A stretch of 64,000 bases of DNA from Eledone cirrhosa (lineage: Eukaryota): the NCBI GenBank assembly GCA_964016885.1, contig OZ024744.1:127534001-127598000 (forward strand), read 5' to 3'. The notes beneath the pieces were generated by a model, which saw nothing but the letters and a program-made list of their open reading frames with translations, ran no database searches and was not told where the DNA came from. This document shows, one piece after another, positions 11,601 to 24,400 of the stretch. The number at the start of each line of letters is the position of its first letter. Position 1 is the stretch's first letter. Position numbers and translations under genes: made by a program.

Positions 11601-14600
11601 AGTTGGGGTTAAGTTAAGTTGGGGTTAAGTTAAGTTGGGGTTAAGTTAAGTTGGGGTTAAGTTAAGTTGGGGTTAAATTAAGTTGGGGTTAAGTTAAGTT
11701 GGGGTTAAGTTAAGTTGGGGTTAAATTAAGTTGGGGTTCAGTTAAGTTGGGGTTAAATTAAGTTGGGGTTAAGTTAAGTTGGGGTTAGTTAAGTTGGGGT
11801 TAAGTTAAGTTGGGGTTAATTTCAGTTGGGGTTATGTTAAGTTGGGGTTAAGTTAAGTTGGGGTTAAGTTAAAGTTGGGGTTAAGTTAAGTTGGGGTAAA
11901 GTTAAGTTAGGGTTAAGTTAAGTTGGGGTTAAGTTAAGTTGGGGTTAAATTAAGTTGGGGTTAAGTTAAGTTGGGGTTAAGTTAAGTTGGGGTTAAATTA
12001 AGTTGGGGTTCAGTTAAGTTGGGGTTAAATTAAGTTGGGGTTAAGTTAAGTTGGGGTTAGTTAAGTTGGGGTTAAGTTAAGTTGGGGTTAAGTTAAGTTG
12101 GGGTTAAGTTAAGTTGGGGTTAAGTTAAGTTGGCGTTAAGTTAAGTTGGGGTTAAGTTAAGTTGGGGTCAAATTAAGTTGGGGTTAAGTTAAGTTGGGGT
12201 TAATTTAAGTTGGGGTTAAGTTAAGTTGGGGTTAAGTTAAGTTGGAGTTAAGTCAAGTTGGGGCTAAGTCAAGTTGGGGTTAAGTCAAGTTGGGGTTAAG
12301 TTAAGTTGGGGGTAAGTTAAGTTGGGTGTAAGTTAAGTTGGGGTTAAGTTAAGTTGGGGTTCAGTTCAGTTGGGGTTAAGTGAAGTTGGGGTTAAGTTAA
12401 GATGGGGGTAAGTTAAGTTGGGGTTAAGTTAAGTTGGGGTTAAGTTAAGTTGGGGTTAAGTTAAGTTGGGGTTAAGTTAAGTTGGAGTTAAGTTAAGTTG
12501 GAGTTAAGTTAAGTTGGGGTTAAGCTAAGTTGGGGTTCAGTTAAGTTGGGGTTAAGTTAATTTGGGGCTAAGTTAAGTTGGGGTTAAGTTAAGTTCGGGT
12601 TGAGTTAAGTTGGGGTTAAGTTAAGTTGGGGTTAAGTTAAGTTGGGGTTAAGTTAAGTTGGGGTTAAGATAAGTTGGGGTTAAGTTAAGTTGGGGTTAAT
12701 TTAAGTTGGGGTTGAGTTAATTTGGGTTTAAGTTAAGTTGGGCTTAATTTAAGTTGGGGTTAAGTTGGGCTTAATTTAAGTTGGGGTTAAGTTGGGGGTA
12801 AGTTAAGTTGGGGGCAAGTTAAGTTGGGGTTAATTTAAGTTGGGGTTAAGTTAAGTTGGGGTTATGTTAAGTTGGGGTTAAGTTAAGTTGGGGTTAAGTT
12901 AAGTTGGGGGTAACTTAAGTTGGGGTTAAGTTAAGTTGAGGGTAAGTTAAGTTGAAGGTAAGTTAAGTTGAGGTTAAGTTAAGTTGGGGTTAAGTTAAGT
13001 TGGGGGTAAGTTAAGTTGGGTGTAAGTTAAGTTGGGGTTAAGTTAAGTTGGGGTTAAATTAAGTTGAGGTTAAGTTAATTTGGGATTAAGTTAAGTTGGG
13101 GTTAAGTTAAGTTGGGGGTAAGATAAGTTGGGGCTAAGTTAAGTTGGGGCTAAGTCAAGTTGGGGTTAAGTCAAGTTGAGGTTAACTTAAGTTGGGGTTA
13201 AGTTAAGTTGGGGCTAAGTTAAGTTGGGGTTAAGGTAAGTTGGGGTTAAGTTAAGTTGGGGTTCAGTTAAGTTGGGGTTAAGTTAATTTGGGGCTGAGTT
13301 AAGTTGGGGTTAAGTTAAGTTCGGGTTGAGTTAAGTTGGGGTTAAGTTAAGTTGGGGTTAAGTTAAGTTGGGGTTAAGTTAAGTTGGGGTTAAGATAAGT
13401 TGGGGTTAAGTTAAGTTGGGGTTAATTTAAGTTGGGGTTGAGTTAAGTTGGGGTTAAGTTAAGTTCGGGTTGAGTTAAGTTGGGGTTAAGTTAAGTTGGG
13501 GTTAAGTTAAGTTGGGGTTAAGTTAAGTTGGGGTTAAGTTAAGTTGGGGGTAACTTAAGTTGAGGGTAAGTTAAGTTGAGGGTAAGTTAAGTTGTGGGTA
13601 AGTTAAGTTCAGGTTAAGTTAAGTTGGGGTTAAGTTAAGTTGGGGGTAAGTTAAGTTGGGGGTAAGTTAAGTTGGGGCTAAGTCAAGTTGGGGTTAAGTC
13701 AAGTTGAGGTTAACTTAAGTTGGGGTTAAGTTAAGTTGGGGTTAAGTTAAGTTGGGGTTAAGGTAAGTTGGGGTTAAGTTAAGTTGGGGCTAAGTTAAGT
13801 TGGGGCTAAGTTAAGTTGGGGCTGAGTTAAGTTGGGGTTAAGTTGGGGTTGAGTTAAGTTGGGGTTAAGTTAAGTTGGGATTAAGTTAAGTTGGGGTTAA
13901 GTTAAGTTCGGGTTGAGTTAAGTTGGGGTTAAGTTAAGTTGGGGTTAATTTAAGTTGGGTTAAGTTAAGTTGGGGTTAAGATAAGTTGGGGTTAAGTTAA
14001 GTTGGGGTTAAGTTAAGTTGGGGTTGAGTTAATTTGGGGTTAAGTTAAGTTGGGGTTAACTTAAGTTGGGGTTAAGTTAAGTTGGGGTTAAGTTAAGTTG
14101 GGGGTAAGTTAAGTTGGGGGCAAGTTGAGTTGGGGTTAAGTTAAGTTGGGGTTAAGTTAAGGTGGGGGTAAGTTAATTTGGGGGTAAGTTAAGTTGGGGG
14201 TAAGTTAAGTTGGGGTTAAGTTAAGTTGGGTTTAAGTTAAGTTGGGGCTAAGTTTAGTTGGGGTTAAGTTAAGTTGGGGGTAAGTTAAGTTGGGGTTGAG
14301 TTAAGTTGGGGTTAACTTAAGTTGGGGTTAAGTTGGGGTTAAGTTAAGTTGGGGTTAAATTAAGTTGGGGGTTAGTTAAGTTGGGGCAAGTTAAGTTGGG
14401 GTTAATTTAAGTTGGGGTTAAGTTAAGTTGGGGTTATGTTAAGTTGGGGTTAAGTTAAGTTGGGGTTAAGTTAAGTTGGGGGTAAGTTAAGTTGGGGTTA
14501 AGTTAAGTTGGGGGTAAGTTAAGTTGAGGGTAAGTTAAGTTGGGGTTAAGTTAAGTTGGGGTTAAATTAAGTTGGGGGTAAGTTAAGTTGGGGGTAAGTT

Positions 14601-17600
14601 AAGTTGGGGTTAAGTTAAGTTGGGGTTAAATTAAGTTGAGGTTAAGTTAAGTTGGGGTTAAGTTAAGTTGGGGTTAAGTTAAGTTGGGGGTAAGATAAGT
14701 TGGGGCTAAGTTAAGTTGGGGCTAAGTCAAGTTGGGGTTAAGTCAAGTTGAGGTTAACTTAAGTTGGGGTTAAGTTAAGTTGGGGTTAATTTAAGTTGGG
14801 GTTAAGTTAAGTTGGGGTTAAGGTAAGTTGGGGTTATGTTAAGTTGGGGCTAAGTTAAGTTGGGGCTAAGTTAAGTTGGGGCTGAGTTAAGTTGGGGTTA
14901 AGTTAAGTTGGGGTTGAGTTAAGTTGGGGTTAAGTTAAGTTGGGGTTAATTTAAGTTGGGGTTAAGTTAAGTTGGGGTTAAGATAAGTTGGGGTTAAGTT
15001 AAGTTGGGGTTACGTTAAGTTGGGGTTGAGTTAATTTGGGGTTAAGTTAAGTTGGGGTTAACTTAAGTTGGGGTTAAGTTGGGGTTAAGTTAAGTTGGAG
15101 GTAGGTTAAGTTGGGGGCAAGTTAAGTTGGGGTTAAGTTAAGTTGGGGTTAAGTTAAGTTGGGGGTAAGTTAAGTCGGGGTTAAGTTAAGTTGGGGTTAA
15201 GTTAAGTTGGGTTTAAGTTAAGTTGGGGCTAAGTTAAGTTGGGGCTAAGTTAAGTTGGGACTGAGTTAAGTTGGGGGTAAGTTAAGTTGGGTGTAAGTTA
15301 AGTTGGGGTTCAGTTCAGTTGGGGTTAAGTTAAGTTGGGGTTAAGTTAAGCTGGGGTTAAGTTAAGTTGGGGTTTAGTTAAGTAGGGGTTAAGTTAAGTT
15401 GGGGTTAAGTTAAGTTGGGGTTGAGTTAAGTTGGGGATGAGTTAAGTTGGGGTTAAGTTAAGTTGGGGTTTAGTTAAGTTGGGGTTAAGTTAAGTTGGGG
15501 GTAAGTTAAGTTGGGGGTAAGTAAAATGGGGGCAAGTTAAGTTGGGGTTAAGTTAAGTTGGGGTTAAGTTAAGTTGGGGTTAAGTTAAGTTAGGGTTAAT
15601 TTCAGTTGGGGTTAAGTTAAGTTGGGGTTAAGTTAAGTTAGGGTTAATTTAAGTTGGGGTTATGTTAAGTTGGGGTTAAGTTAAGTTGGGGTTAAGTTAA
15701 GTTGGTGTTAAGTAAAGTTGGGGTTAAGTTAAGTTGTGGGTTAAGTTAAGTTGGGGTTAAGTTAAGTTGGGGTTAAGTTAAGTTGGTGTTAAGTAAAGTT
15801 GGGCTTAAGTTAAGTTGGGTTTGAGTTAAGTTGGGGCTAAGTTAAGTTAGGGCTAAGTTAAGTTGGGGTTAAGTTAAGTTGGGGCTAGGTTAAGTTGGGT
15901 CTAAGTTAAGTTGGGGTTAAGTTAAGTTGGGGTTAAGTTAAGTTGGGGTTAAATTAAGTTGGGGTTAAGCTAAGTTGGGGTTAAGTTAATTTGCGGTTAA
16001 GTTAGGTTGTGGGTTAAGTTAAGTTGGGGTTAAGTTAAGCTGGGGTTAAGTTGGGGTAAGTTAAGTTGGGGGTAAGTTAAGTTGGGGTTAAGGTAAGTTG
16101 GGGTTAAGTTAAGTTGGGGTTAAGTTAAGTTGGGGTTAAGTTAAGTTGGGGTTGAGTTAAGTTGGGGTTGAGTTAAGTTGGGGTTAAGTTAAGTTGGGGT
16201 TAAGTTAAGTTGGGGTTAAGTTAAGTTGGGGGCAAGTTAAGTTGGGGTTAAGTTAAGTTGGGGTTAAGTTAAGTTGGGGTTAAGTTAAGTTGGGGTTAAG
16301 TTAAGTTGGGGTTAAATTAAGTTGGGGTTCAGTTAAGTTGGGGTTAAATTAAGTTGGGGTTAAGTTAAGTTGGGGTTAGTTAAGTTGGGGTTAAGTTAAG
16401 TTGGGGTTAATTTCAGTTGGGGTTATGTTAAATTGGGGTTAAGTTAAGTTGGGGTTAAGTTAAAGTTGGGGTTAAGTTAAGTTGGGGTAAAGTTAAGTTA
16501 GGGTTAAGTTAAGTTGGGGTTAAGTTAAGTTGGGGTTAAATTAAGTTGGGGTTAAGTTAAGTTGGGGTTAAGTTAAGTTGGGGTTAAATTAAGTTGGGGT
16601 TCAGTTAAGTTGGGGTTAAATTAAGTTGGAGTTAAGTCAAGTTGGGGTTAAGTCAAGTTGGGGTTAAGTCAAGTTGGGGTTAAGTTAAGTTGGGGGTAAG
16701 TTAAGTTGGGTGTAAGTTAAGTTGGGGTTAAGTTAAGTTGGGGTTCAGTTCAGTTGGGGTTAAGTGAAGTTGGGGTTAAGTTAAGATGGGGGTAAGTTAA
16801 GTTGGGGTTAAGTTAAGTTGGGGTTAAGTTAAGTTGGGGTTAAGTTAAGTTGGGGGTAAGTTAAGTCGGGGTTAAGTTAAGTTGGGGTTTAGTTAAGTTG
16901 GGTTTAAGTTAAGTTGGGGCTAAGTTAAGTTGGGGCTAAGTTAAGTTGGGGCTGAGTTAAGTAGGGGGTAAGTTAAGTTGGGTGTAAGTTAAGTTGGGGT
17001 TCAGTTCAGTTGGGGTTAAGTTAAGTTGGGGTTAAGTTAAGCTGGGGTTAAGTTAAGTTGGGGTTAAGTTAAGTTGGGGTTAAGTTAAGTTGGGGTTAAG
17101 TTAAGTTGGGGTTGAGTTAAGTTGGGGTTAAGTTAAGTTGGGGGTAAGTTAAGTTGGGGGTAAGTTAAGTTAGGGGCAAGTTAAGTTGGGGTTAAGTTAA
17201 GTTCGGGTTAAGTTAAGTTGGGGTTAAGTTAAGTTAGGGTTAATTTCAGTTGGGGTTAACTTAAGTTGGGGTTAAGTTAAGTAAGGGTTAATTTAAGTTG
17301 GGGTTATGTTAAGTTGGGGTTAAGTTAAGTTGGGGTTAAGTTAAGTTGGTGTTAAGTAAAGTTGGGGTTAAGTTAAGTTGTGGGTTAAGTTAAGTTGGGG
17401 TTAAGTTAAGTTGGGGTTAAGTTAAGTTGGTGTTAAGTAAAGTTGGGCTTAAGTTAAGTTGGGTTTGAGTTAAGTTGGGTCTAAGTTAAGTTAGGGTTAA
17501 TTTAAGTTGGGGTTATGTTAAGTTGGGGTTAAGTTAAGTTGGGGCTAGGTTAAGTTGGGTCTAAGTTAAGTTGGGGTTAAGTTAAGTTGGGGTTAAGTTA

Positions 17601-18420
17601 AGTTGGGGTTAAATTAAGTTGGGGTTAAGTTAAGTTGGGGTTAAGCTAAGTTGGGGTTAAGTTAATTTGCGGTTAAGTTAGGTTGTTGGTTAATTTAAGT
17701 TGGGGGTAAGTTAAGTTGGGGGTAAGTTAAGTTGGGGTTAAGTTAAGTTGGGGTTAAGTTAAGTTGGGGTTAAGTTAAGTTGTGGTTAAGTTCAGTTGGG
17801 GTTAAGTTAAGTTGGGGTTAAGTTAAGCTGGGGGTAAGTTAAGTTGGGTGTAAGTTAAGTTGGGGTTAAGTTAAGTTGGGGTTAAGTTAAGTTGGGGTTA
17901 AATTAAGTTGGGGTTAAGTTAAGTTGGGGTTATGTTAAGTTGGGGTTAAGTTAAGTTGGGGTTAAGATAAGTTGGGGTTAAGTTAAGTTGAGGTTAATTT
18001 AAGTTGGAGTTAAGTTAAGTTGGGGTTAAGCTAAGTTGGGGTTAAGTTAATTTGCGGTTAAGTTAGGTTGTGGGTTAAGTTAAGTTGGGGTTAAGTTAAG
18101 CTGGGGTTAAGTTGGGGTAAGTTAAGTTGGGGGTAAGTTAAGTTGGGGTTAAGTTAAGTTGGGGTTAAGTTAAGTTGGGGTTAAGTTAAGTTGGGGTTGA
18201 GTTAAGTTGAGGTTGAGTTAAGTTGGGGTTAAGTTAAGTTGGGGTTAACTTAAGTTGGGGTTAAGTTAAGTTGGGGGTAAGTTAAGTTGGGGGCAAGTTA
18301 AGTTGGGGTTAAGTTAAGTTGGGGTTAAGTTAAGTTGGGGTTAAGTTAAGTTGGGGTTAAGTTAAATTGGGGTTAAGTTAAGTTAGGGTTAATTTCAGTT
18401 GGGGTTATGTTAAGTTGGGG
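1977..18420 (+). repeat. Near-perfect 8,210-bp tandem block duplication (1977-10210 / 10187-18420)
   Basis: Markers recur at exactly +8,210: actgag 2411/10621, ggtaagtaaaatgg 2651/10861, gatgggggta 4191/12401, gtaagggtta 9071/17281, gttaaattgg 10151/18361. I noticed only one mismatch (T at 8177 vs G at 16387). Confidence 0.93.
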
Positions 18421-21400
18421 TTAAGTTAAGTTGGGGTTGAGTTAATTTGGGTTTAAGTTAAGTTGGGCTTAACTTAAGTTGGGGTTAAGTTGGGGTTAAG
18501 TTAAGTTGGGGTTAAGTTGGGGTTAAGTTAAGTTGGGGGTAAGTTAAGTTGGGGGCAAGTTAAGTTGGGGTTAATTTAAGTTGGGGTTAAGTTAAGTTGG
18601 GGTTATGTTAAGTTGGGGTTAATTTAAGTTGGGGTTAAGTTAAGTTGGGGGTAACTTAAGTTGAGGGTAAGTTAAGTTGAGGGTAAGTTAAGTTGAGGGT
18701 AAGTTAAGTTGAGGTTAAGTTAAGTTGGGGTTAAGTTAAGTTGGGGGTAAGTTAAGTTGGGGGTAAGTTAAGTTGGGGCTAAGTTAAGTTGGGGCTAAGT
18801 CAAGTTGGGGTTAAGTCAAGTTGAGGTTAACTTAAGTTGGGGTTAAGTTAAGTTGGGGTTAACTTAAGTTGGGGTTAAGGTAAGTTGGGGTTAAGTTAAG
18901 TTGGGGCTAAGTTAAGTTGGGGCTGAGTTAAGTTGGGGTTAAGTTGGGGTTAATTTAAGTTGGGGTTAAGTTAAGTTTCGGTTAAGTTAAGTTCGGGTTG
19001 AGTTAAGTTGGGGTTAAGTTAAGTTGGGGTTAATTTAAGTTGGGGTTAATTAAGTTGGGGTTAAGATAAGTTGGGGTTAAGTTAAGTTGGGGTTAAGTTA
19101 AGTTGGGGTTGAGTTAATTTGGGGTTAAGTTAAGTTGGGGTTAACTTAAGTTGGGGTTAAGTTAAGTTGGGGTTAAGTTAAGTTGGGGGTAAGTTAAGTT
19201 GGGGGCAAGTTGAGTTGGGGTTAAGTTAAGTTGGGGTTAAATTAAGGTGGGGGTAAGTTAAGTTGGGGGTAAGTTAAGTTGGGGTTAAGTTAAGTTGGGG
19301 TTAAGTTAAGTTGGGTTTAAGTTAAGTTGGGGCTAAGTTTAGTTGGGGCTAAGTTAAGTTGGGGCTGAGTTAAGTTGGGGTTAAGTTAAGTTGGGGTTGA
19401 GTTAAGTTGGGGTTATCTTAAGTTGGGGCTAAGTTGGTGTTAAGTTAAGTTGGGGTTAAATTAAGTTGGGGGTTAGTTAAGTTGGGGCAAGTTAAGTTGG
19501 GGTTAATTTAAGTTGGGGTTAAGTTAAGTTGGGGTTATGTTAAGTTGGGGGTAAGTTAAGTTGAGGGTAAGTTAAGTCGGGGTTAAGTTAAGTTGGGGTT
19601 AAATTAAGTTGGGGGTAAGTTAAGTTGGGGGTAAGTTAAGTTGGGGTTAAGTTAAGTTGGGGTTAAATTAAGTTGAGGTTAAGTTAAGTTGGGGGTAAGA
19701 TAAGTTGGTCCTAAGTTAAGTTGGGGCTAAGTCAAGTTGGGGTTAAGTCAAGTTGAGGTTAACTTAAGTTGGGGTTAAGTTAAGTTGGGGTTAAGTTAAG
19801 TCGGGGTTAAGTTAAGTTGGGGTTAAGGTAAGTTGGGGTTATGTTAAGTTGGGGCTAAGTTAAGTTGGGGCTAAGTTAAGTTGGGGCTGAGTTAAGTTGG
19901 GGTTAAGTTAAGTTGGGGTTGAGTTAAGTTTGGGTTAAGTTAAGTTGGGGTTAATTTAAGTTGGGGTTAAGTTAAGTTGGGGTTAAGATAAGTTGGGGTT
20001 AAGTTAAGTTGGGGTTAAGTTAAGTTGGGGTTGAGTTAATTTGGGGTTAAGTTAAGTTGGGGTTAACTTAAGTTGGGGTTAAGTTGGGGTTAAGTTAAGT
20101 TGGGGGTAGGTTAAGTTGGGGGCAAGTTAAGTTGGGGTTAAGTTAAGTTGGGGTTAAGTTAAGTTGGGGGTAAGTTAAGTCGGGGTTAAGTTAAGTTGGG
20201 GTTTAGTTAAGTTGGGTTTAAGTTAAGTTGGGGCTAAGTTAAGTTGGGGCTAAGTTAAGTTGGGGCTGAGTTAAGTAGGGGGTAAGTTAAGTTGGGTGTA
20301 AGTTAAGTTGGGGTTCAGTTCAGTTGGGGTTAAGTTAAGTTGGGGTTAAGTTAAGCTGGGGTTAAGTTAAGTTGGGGTTAAGTTAAGTTGGGGTTAAATT
20401 AAGTTGGGGTTAAGTTAGGTTGGGGTTATGTTAAGTTGGGGTTAAGTTAAGTTGGGGTTAAGATAAGTTGGGGTTAAGTTAAGTTGAGGTTAAGTTAAGT
20501 TGGAGTTAAGTTAAGTTGGGGTTAAGCTAAGTTGGGGTTAAGTTAATTTGCGGTTAAGTAAGGTTGTGGGTTAAGTTAAGTTGGGGTTAAGTTAATTTGG
20601 GGTTAAGTTGGGGTAAGTTAAGTTGGGGGCAAGTTAAGTTGGTGTTAAGTTAAGTTGGGGTTAAGTTAAGTTGGGGTTAAGTTAAGTTGGGGTTAAGTTA
20701 AGTTGGGGTTGAGTTAAGTTGGGGTTGAGTTAAGTTGGGGTTAAGTTAAGTTGGGGTTAAGTTAAGTTGGGGTTACGTTAAGTTGGGGGTAAGTTAAGTT
20801 GGGGGCAAGTTAAGTTGGGGTTAAGTTAAGTTGGGGTTAAGTTAAGTTGGGGTTAAGTTAAGTTGGGATTAAGTTAAGTTGGGGTTAAGTTAAGTTAGGG
20901 TTAATTTCAGTTGGGGTTATGTTAAGTTGGGGTTAAGTTAAGTTGGGGTTAAGTTAAAGTTGGGGTTAAGTTAAGTTGGGGTAAAGTTAAGTTAGGGTTA
21001 AGTTAAGTTGGGGTTAAGTTAAGTTGGGGTTAAATTAAGTTGGGGTTAAGTTAAGTTGGGGTTAAGTTAAGTTGGGGTTAAGTTAAGTTGGGGTTCAGTT
21101 AAGTTGGGGTTAAATTAAGTTGGGGTTAAGTTAAGTTGGGGTTAGTTAAGTTGGGGTTAAGTTAAGTTGGGGTTAAGTTAAGTTGGGGTTAAGTTAAGTT
21201 GGGGTTAAGTTAAGTTGGCGTTAAGTTAAGTTGGGGTTAAGTTAAGTTGGGGTTAAATTAAGTTGGGGTTAAGTTAAGTTGGGGTTAATTTAAGTTGGGG
21301 TTAAGTTAAGTTGGGGTTAAGTTAAGTTGGAGTTAAGTCAAGTTGGGGTTAAGTCAAGTTGGGGTTAAGTCAAGTTGTGGTTAAGTCAAGTTGGGGTTAA

Positions 21401-24400
21401 GTTAAGTTGGGGTTAAGTTAAGTTGGGGTTAAGTTAAGTTGGGGGTAAGTTAAGTTGGGTGTAAGTTAAGTTGGGGTTCAGTTCAGTTGGGGTTAAGTTA
21501 AGTTGGGGTTAAGTTAAGCTGGGGATAAGTTAAGTTGGGGTTAAGTTAAGTTGGGGTTAAGTTAAGTTGGGGTTAAGTTAAGTTGGAGTTAAGTTAAGTT
21601 GGAGTTAAGTTAAGTTGGGGTTAAGCTAAGTTGGGGTTAAGTTAAGTTGGGGTTAATTTAAGTTGGGGTTGAGTTAAGTTGGGGTTAAGTTAAGTTCGGG
21701 TTGAGTTAAGTTGGGGTTAAATTAAGTTGGGGTTAAGATAAGTTGGGGTTAAGTTAAGTTGGGGTTAATTTAAGTTGGGGTTGAGTTAATTTGGGTTTAA
21801 GTTAAGTTGGGCTTAACTTAAGTTGGGGTTAAGTTGGGGTTAAGTTAAGTTGGGGTTAAGTTGGGGTTAAGTTAAGTTGGGGGTAAGTTAAGTTGGGGGC
21901 AAGTTAAGTTGGGGTTAATTTAAGTTGGGGTTAAGTTAAGTTGGGGTTATGTTAAGTTGGGGTTAATTTAAGTTGGGGTTAAGTTAAGTTGGGGGTAACT
22001 TAAGTTGAGGGTAAGTTAAGTTGAGGGTAAGTTAAGTTGAGGGTAAGTTAAGTTGAGGTTAAGTTAAGTTGGGGTTAAGTTAAGTTGGGGGTAAGTTAAG
22101 TTGGGGGTAAGTTAAGTTGGGGTTAAGTTAAGTTGGGGGTAAGATAAGTTGGGGCTAAGTTAAGTTGGGGCTAAGTCAAGTTGGGGTTAAGTCAAGTTGA
22201 GGTTAACTTAAGTTGGGGTTAAGTTAAGTTGGGGTTAACTTAAGTTGGGGTTAAGGTAAGTTGGGGTTAAGTTAAGTTGGGGCTAAGTTAAGTTGGGGCT
22301 GAGTTAAGTTGGGGTTAAGTTGGGGTTAATTTAAGTTGGGGTTAAGTTAAGTTTCGGTTAAGTTAAGTTCGGGTTGAGTTAAGTTGGGGTTAAGTTAAGT
22401 TGGGGTTAATTTAAGTTGGGGTTAATTAAGTTGGGGTTAAGATAAGTTGGGGTTAAGTTAAGTTGGGGTTAAGTTAAGTTGGGGTTGAGTTAATTTGGGG
22501 TTAAGTTAAGTTGGGGTTAACTTAAGTTGGGGTTAAGTTAAGTTGGGGTTAAGTTAAGTTGGGGGTAAGTTAAGTTGGGGGCAAGTTGAGTTGGGGTTAA
22601 GTTAAGTTGGGGTTAAATTAAGGTGGGGGTAATTTAAGTTGGGGGTAAGTTAAGTTGGGGTTAAGTTAAGTTGGGGTTAAGTTAAGTTGGGTTTAAGTTA
22701 AGTTGGGGCTAAGTTTAGTTGGGGCTAAGTTAAGTTGGGGCTGAGTTAAGTTGGGGTTAAGTTAAGTTGGGGTTGAGTTAAGTTGGGGTTATCTTAAGTT
22801 GGGGCTAAGTTGGTGTTAAGTTAAGTTGGGGTTAAATTAAGTTGGGGGTTAGTTAAGTTGGGGCAAGTTAAGTTGGGGTTAATTTAAGTTGGGGTTAAGT
22901 TAAGTTGGGGTTATGTTAAGTTGGGGGTAAGTTAAGTTGAGGGTAAGTTAAGTCGGGGTTAAGTTAAGTTGGGGTTAAATTAAGTTGGGGGTAAGTTAAG
23001 TTGGGGGTAAGTTAAGTTGGGGTTAAGTTAAGTTGGGGTTAAATTAAGTTGAGGTTAAGTTAAGTTGGGGGTAAGATAAGTTGGTCCTAAGTTAAGTTGG
23101 GGCTAAGTCAAGTTGGGGTTAAGTCAAGTTGAGGTTAACTTAAGTTGGGGTTAAGTTAAGTTGGGGTTAAGTTAAGTCGGGGTTAAGTTAAGTTGGGGTT
23201 AAGGTAAGTTGGGGTTATGTTAAGTTGGGGCTAAGTTAAGTTGGGGCTAAGTTAAGTTGGGGCTGAGTTAAGTTGGGGTTAAGTTAAGTTGGGGTTGAGT
23301 TAAGTTTGGGTTAAGTTAAGTTGGGGTTAATTTAAGTTGGGGTTAAGTTAAGTTGGGGTTAAGATAAGTTGGGGTTAAGTTAAGTTGGGGTTAAGTTAAG
23401 TTGGGGTTGAGTTAATTTGGGGTTAAGTTAAGTTGGGGTTAACTTAAGTTGGGGTTAAGTTGGGGTTAAGTTAAGTTGGGGGTAGGTTAAGTTGGGGGCA
23501 AGTTAAGTTGGGGTTAAGTTAAGTTGGGGTTAAGTTAAGTTGGGGGTAAGTTAAGTCGGGGTTAAGTTAAGCTGGGGTTAAGTTAAGTTGGGGTTAAGTT
23601 AAGTTGGGGTTAAATTAAGTTGGGGTTAAGTTAGGTTGGGGTTATGTTAAGTTGGGGTTAAGTTAAGTTGGGGTTAAGATAAGTTGGGGTTAAGTTAAGT
23701 TGAGGTTAAGTTAAGTTGGAGTTAAGTTAAGTTGGGGTTAAGCTAAGTTGGGGTTAAGTTAATTTGCGGTTAAGTAAGGTTGTGGGTTAAGTTAAGTTGG
23801 GGTTAAGTTAATTTGGGGTTAAGTTGGGGTAAGTTAAGTTGGGGGCAAGTTAAGTTGGTGTTAAGTTAAGTTGGGGTTAAGTTAAGTTGGGGTTAAGTTA
23901 AGTTGGGGTTAAGTTAAGTTGGGGTTGAGTTAAGTTGGGGTTGAGTTAAGTTGGGGTTAAGTTAAGTTGGGGTTAAGTTAAGTTGGGGTTACGTTAAGTT
24001 GGGGGTAAGTTAAGTTGGGGGCAAGTTAAGTTGGGGTTAAGTTAAGTTGGGGTTAAGTTAAGTTGGGGTTAAGTTAAGTTGGGATTAAGTTAAGTTGGGG
24101 TTAAGTTAAGTTAGGGTTAATTTCAGTTGGGGTTATGTTAAGTTGGGGTTAAGTTAAGTTGGGGTTAAGTTAAAGTTGGGGTTAAGTTAAGTTGGGGTAA
24201 AGTTAAGTTAGGGTTAAGTTAAGTTGGGGTTAAGTTAAGTTGGGGTTAAGTTAAGTTGGGGTTCAGTTAAGTTGGGGTTAAATTAAGTTGGGGTTAAGTT
24301 AAGTTGGGGTTAGTTAAGTTGGGGTTAAGTTAAGTTGGGGTTAAGTTAAGTTGGGGTTAAGTTAAGTTGGGGTTAAGTTAAGTTGGCGTTAAGTTAAGTT

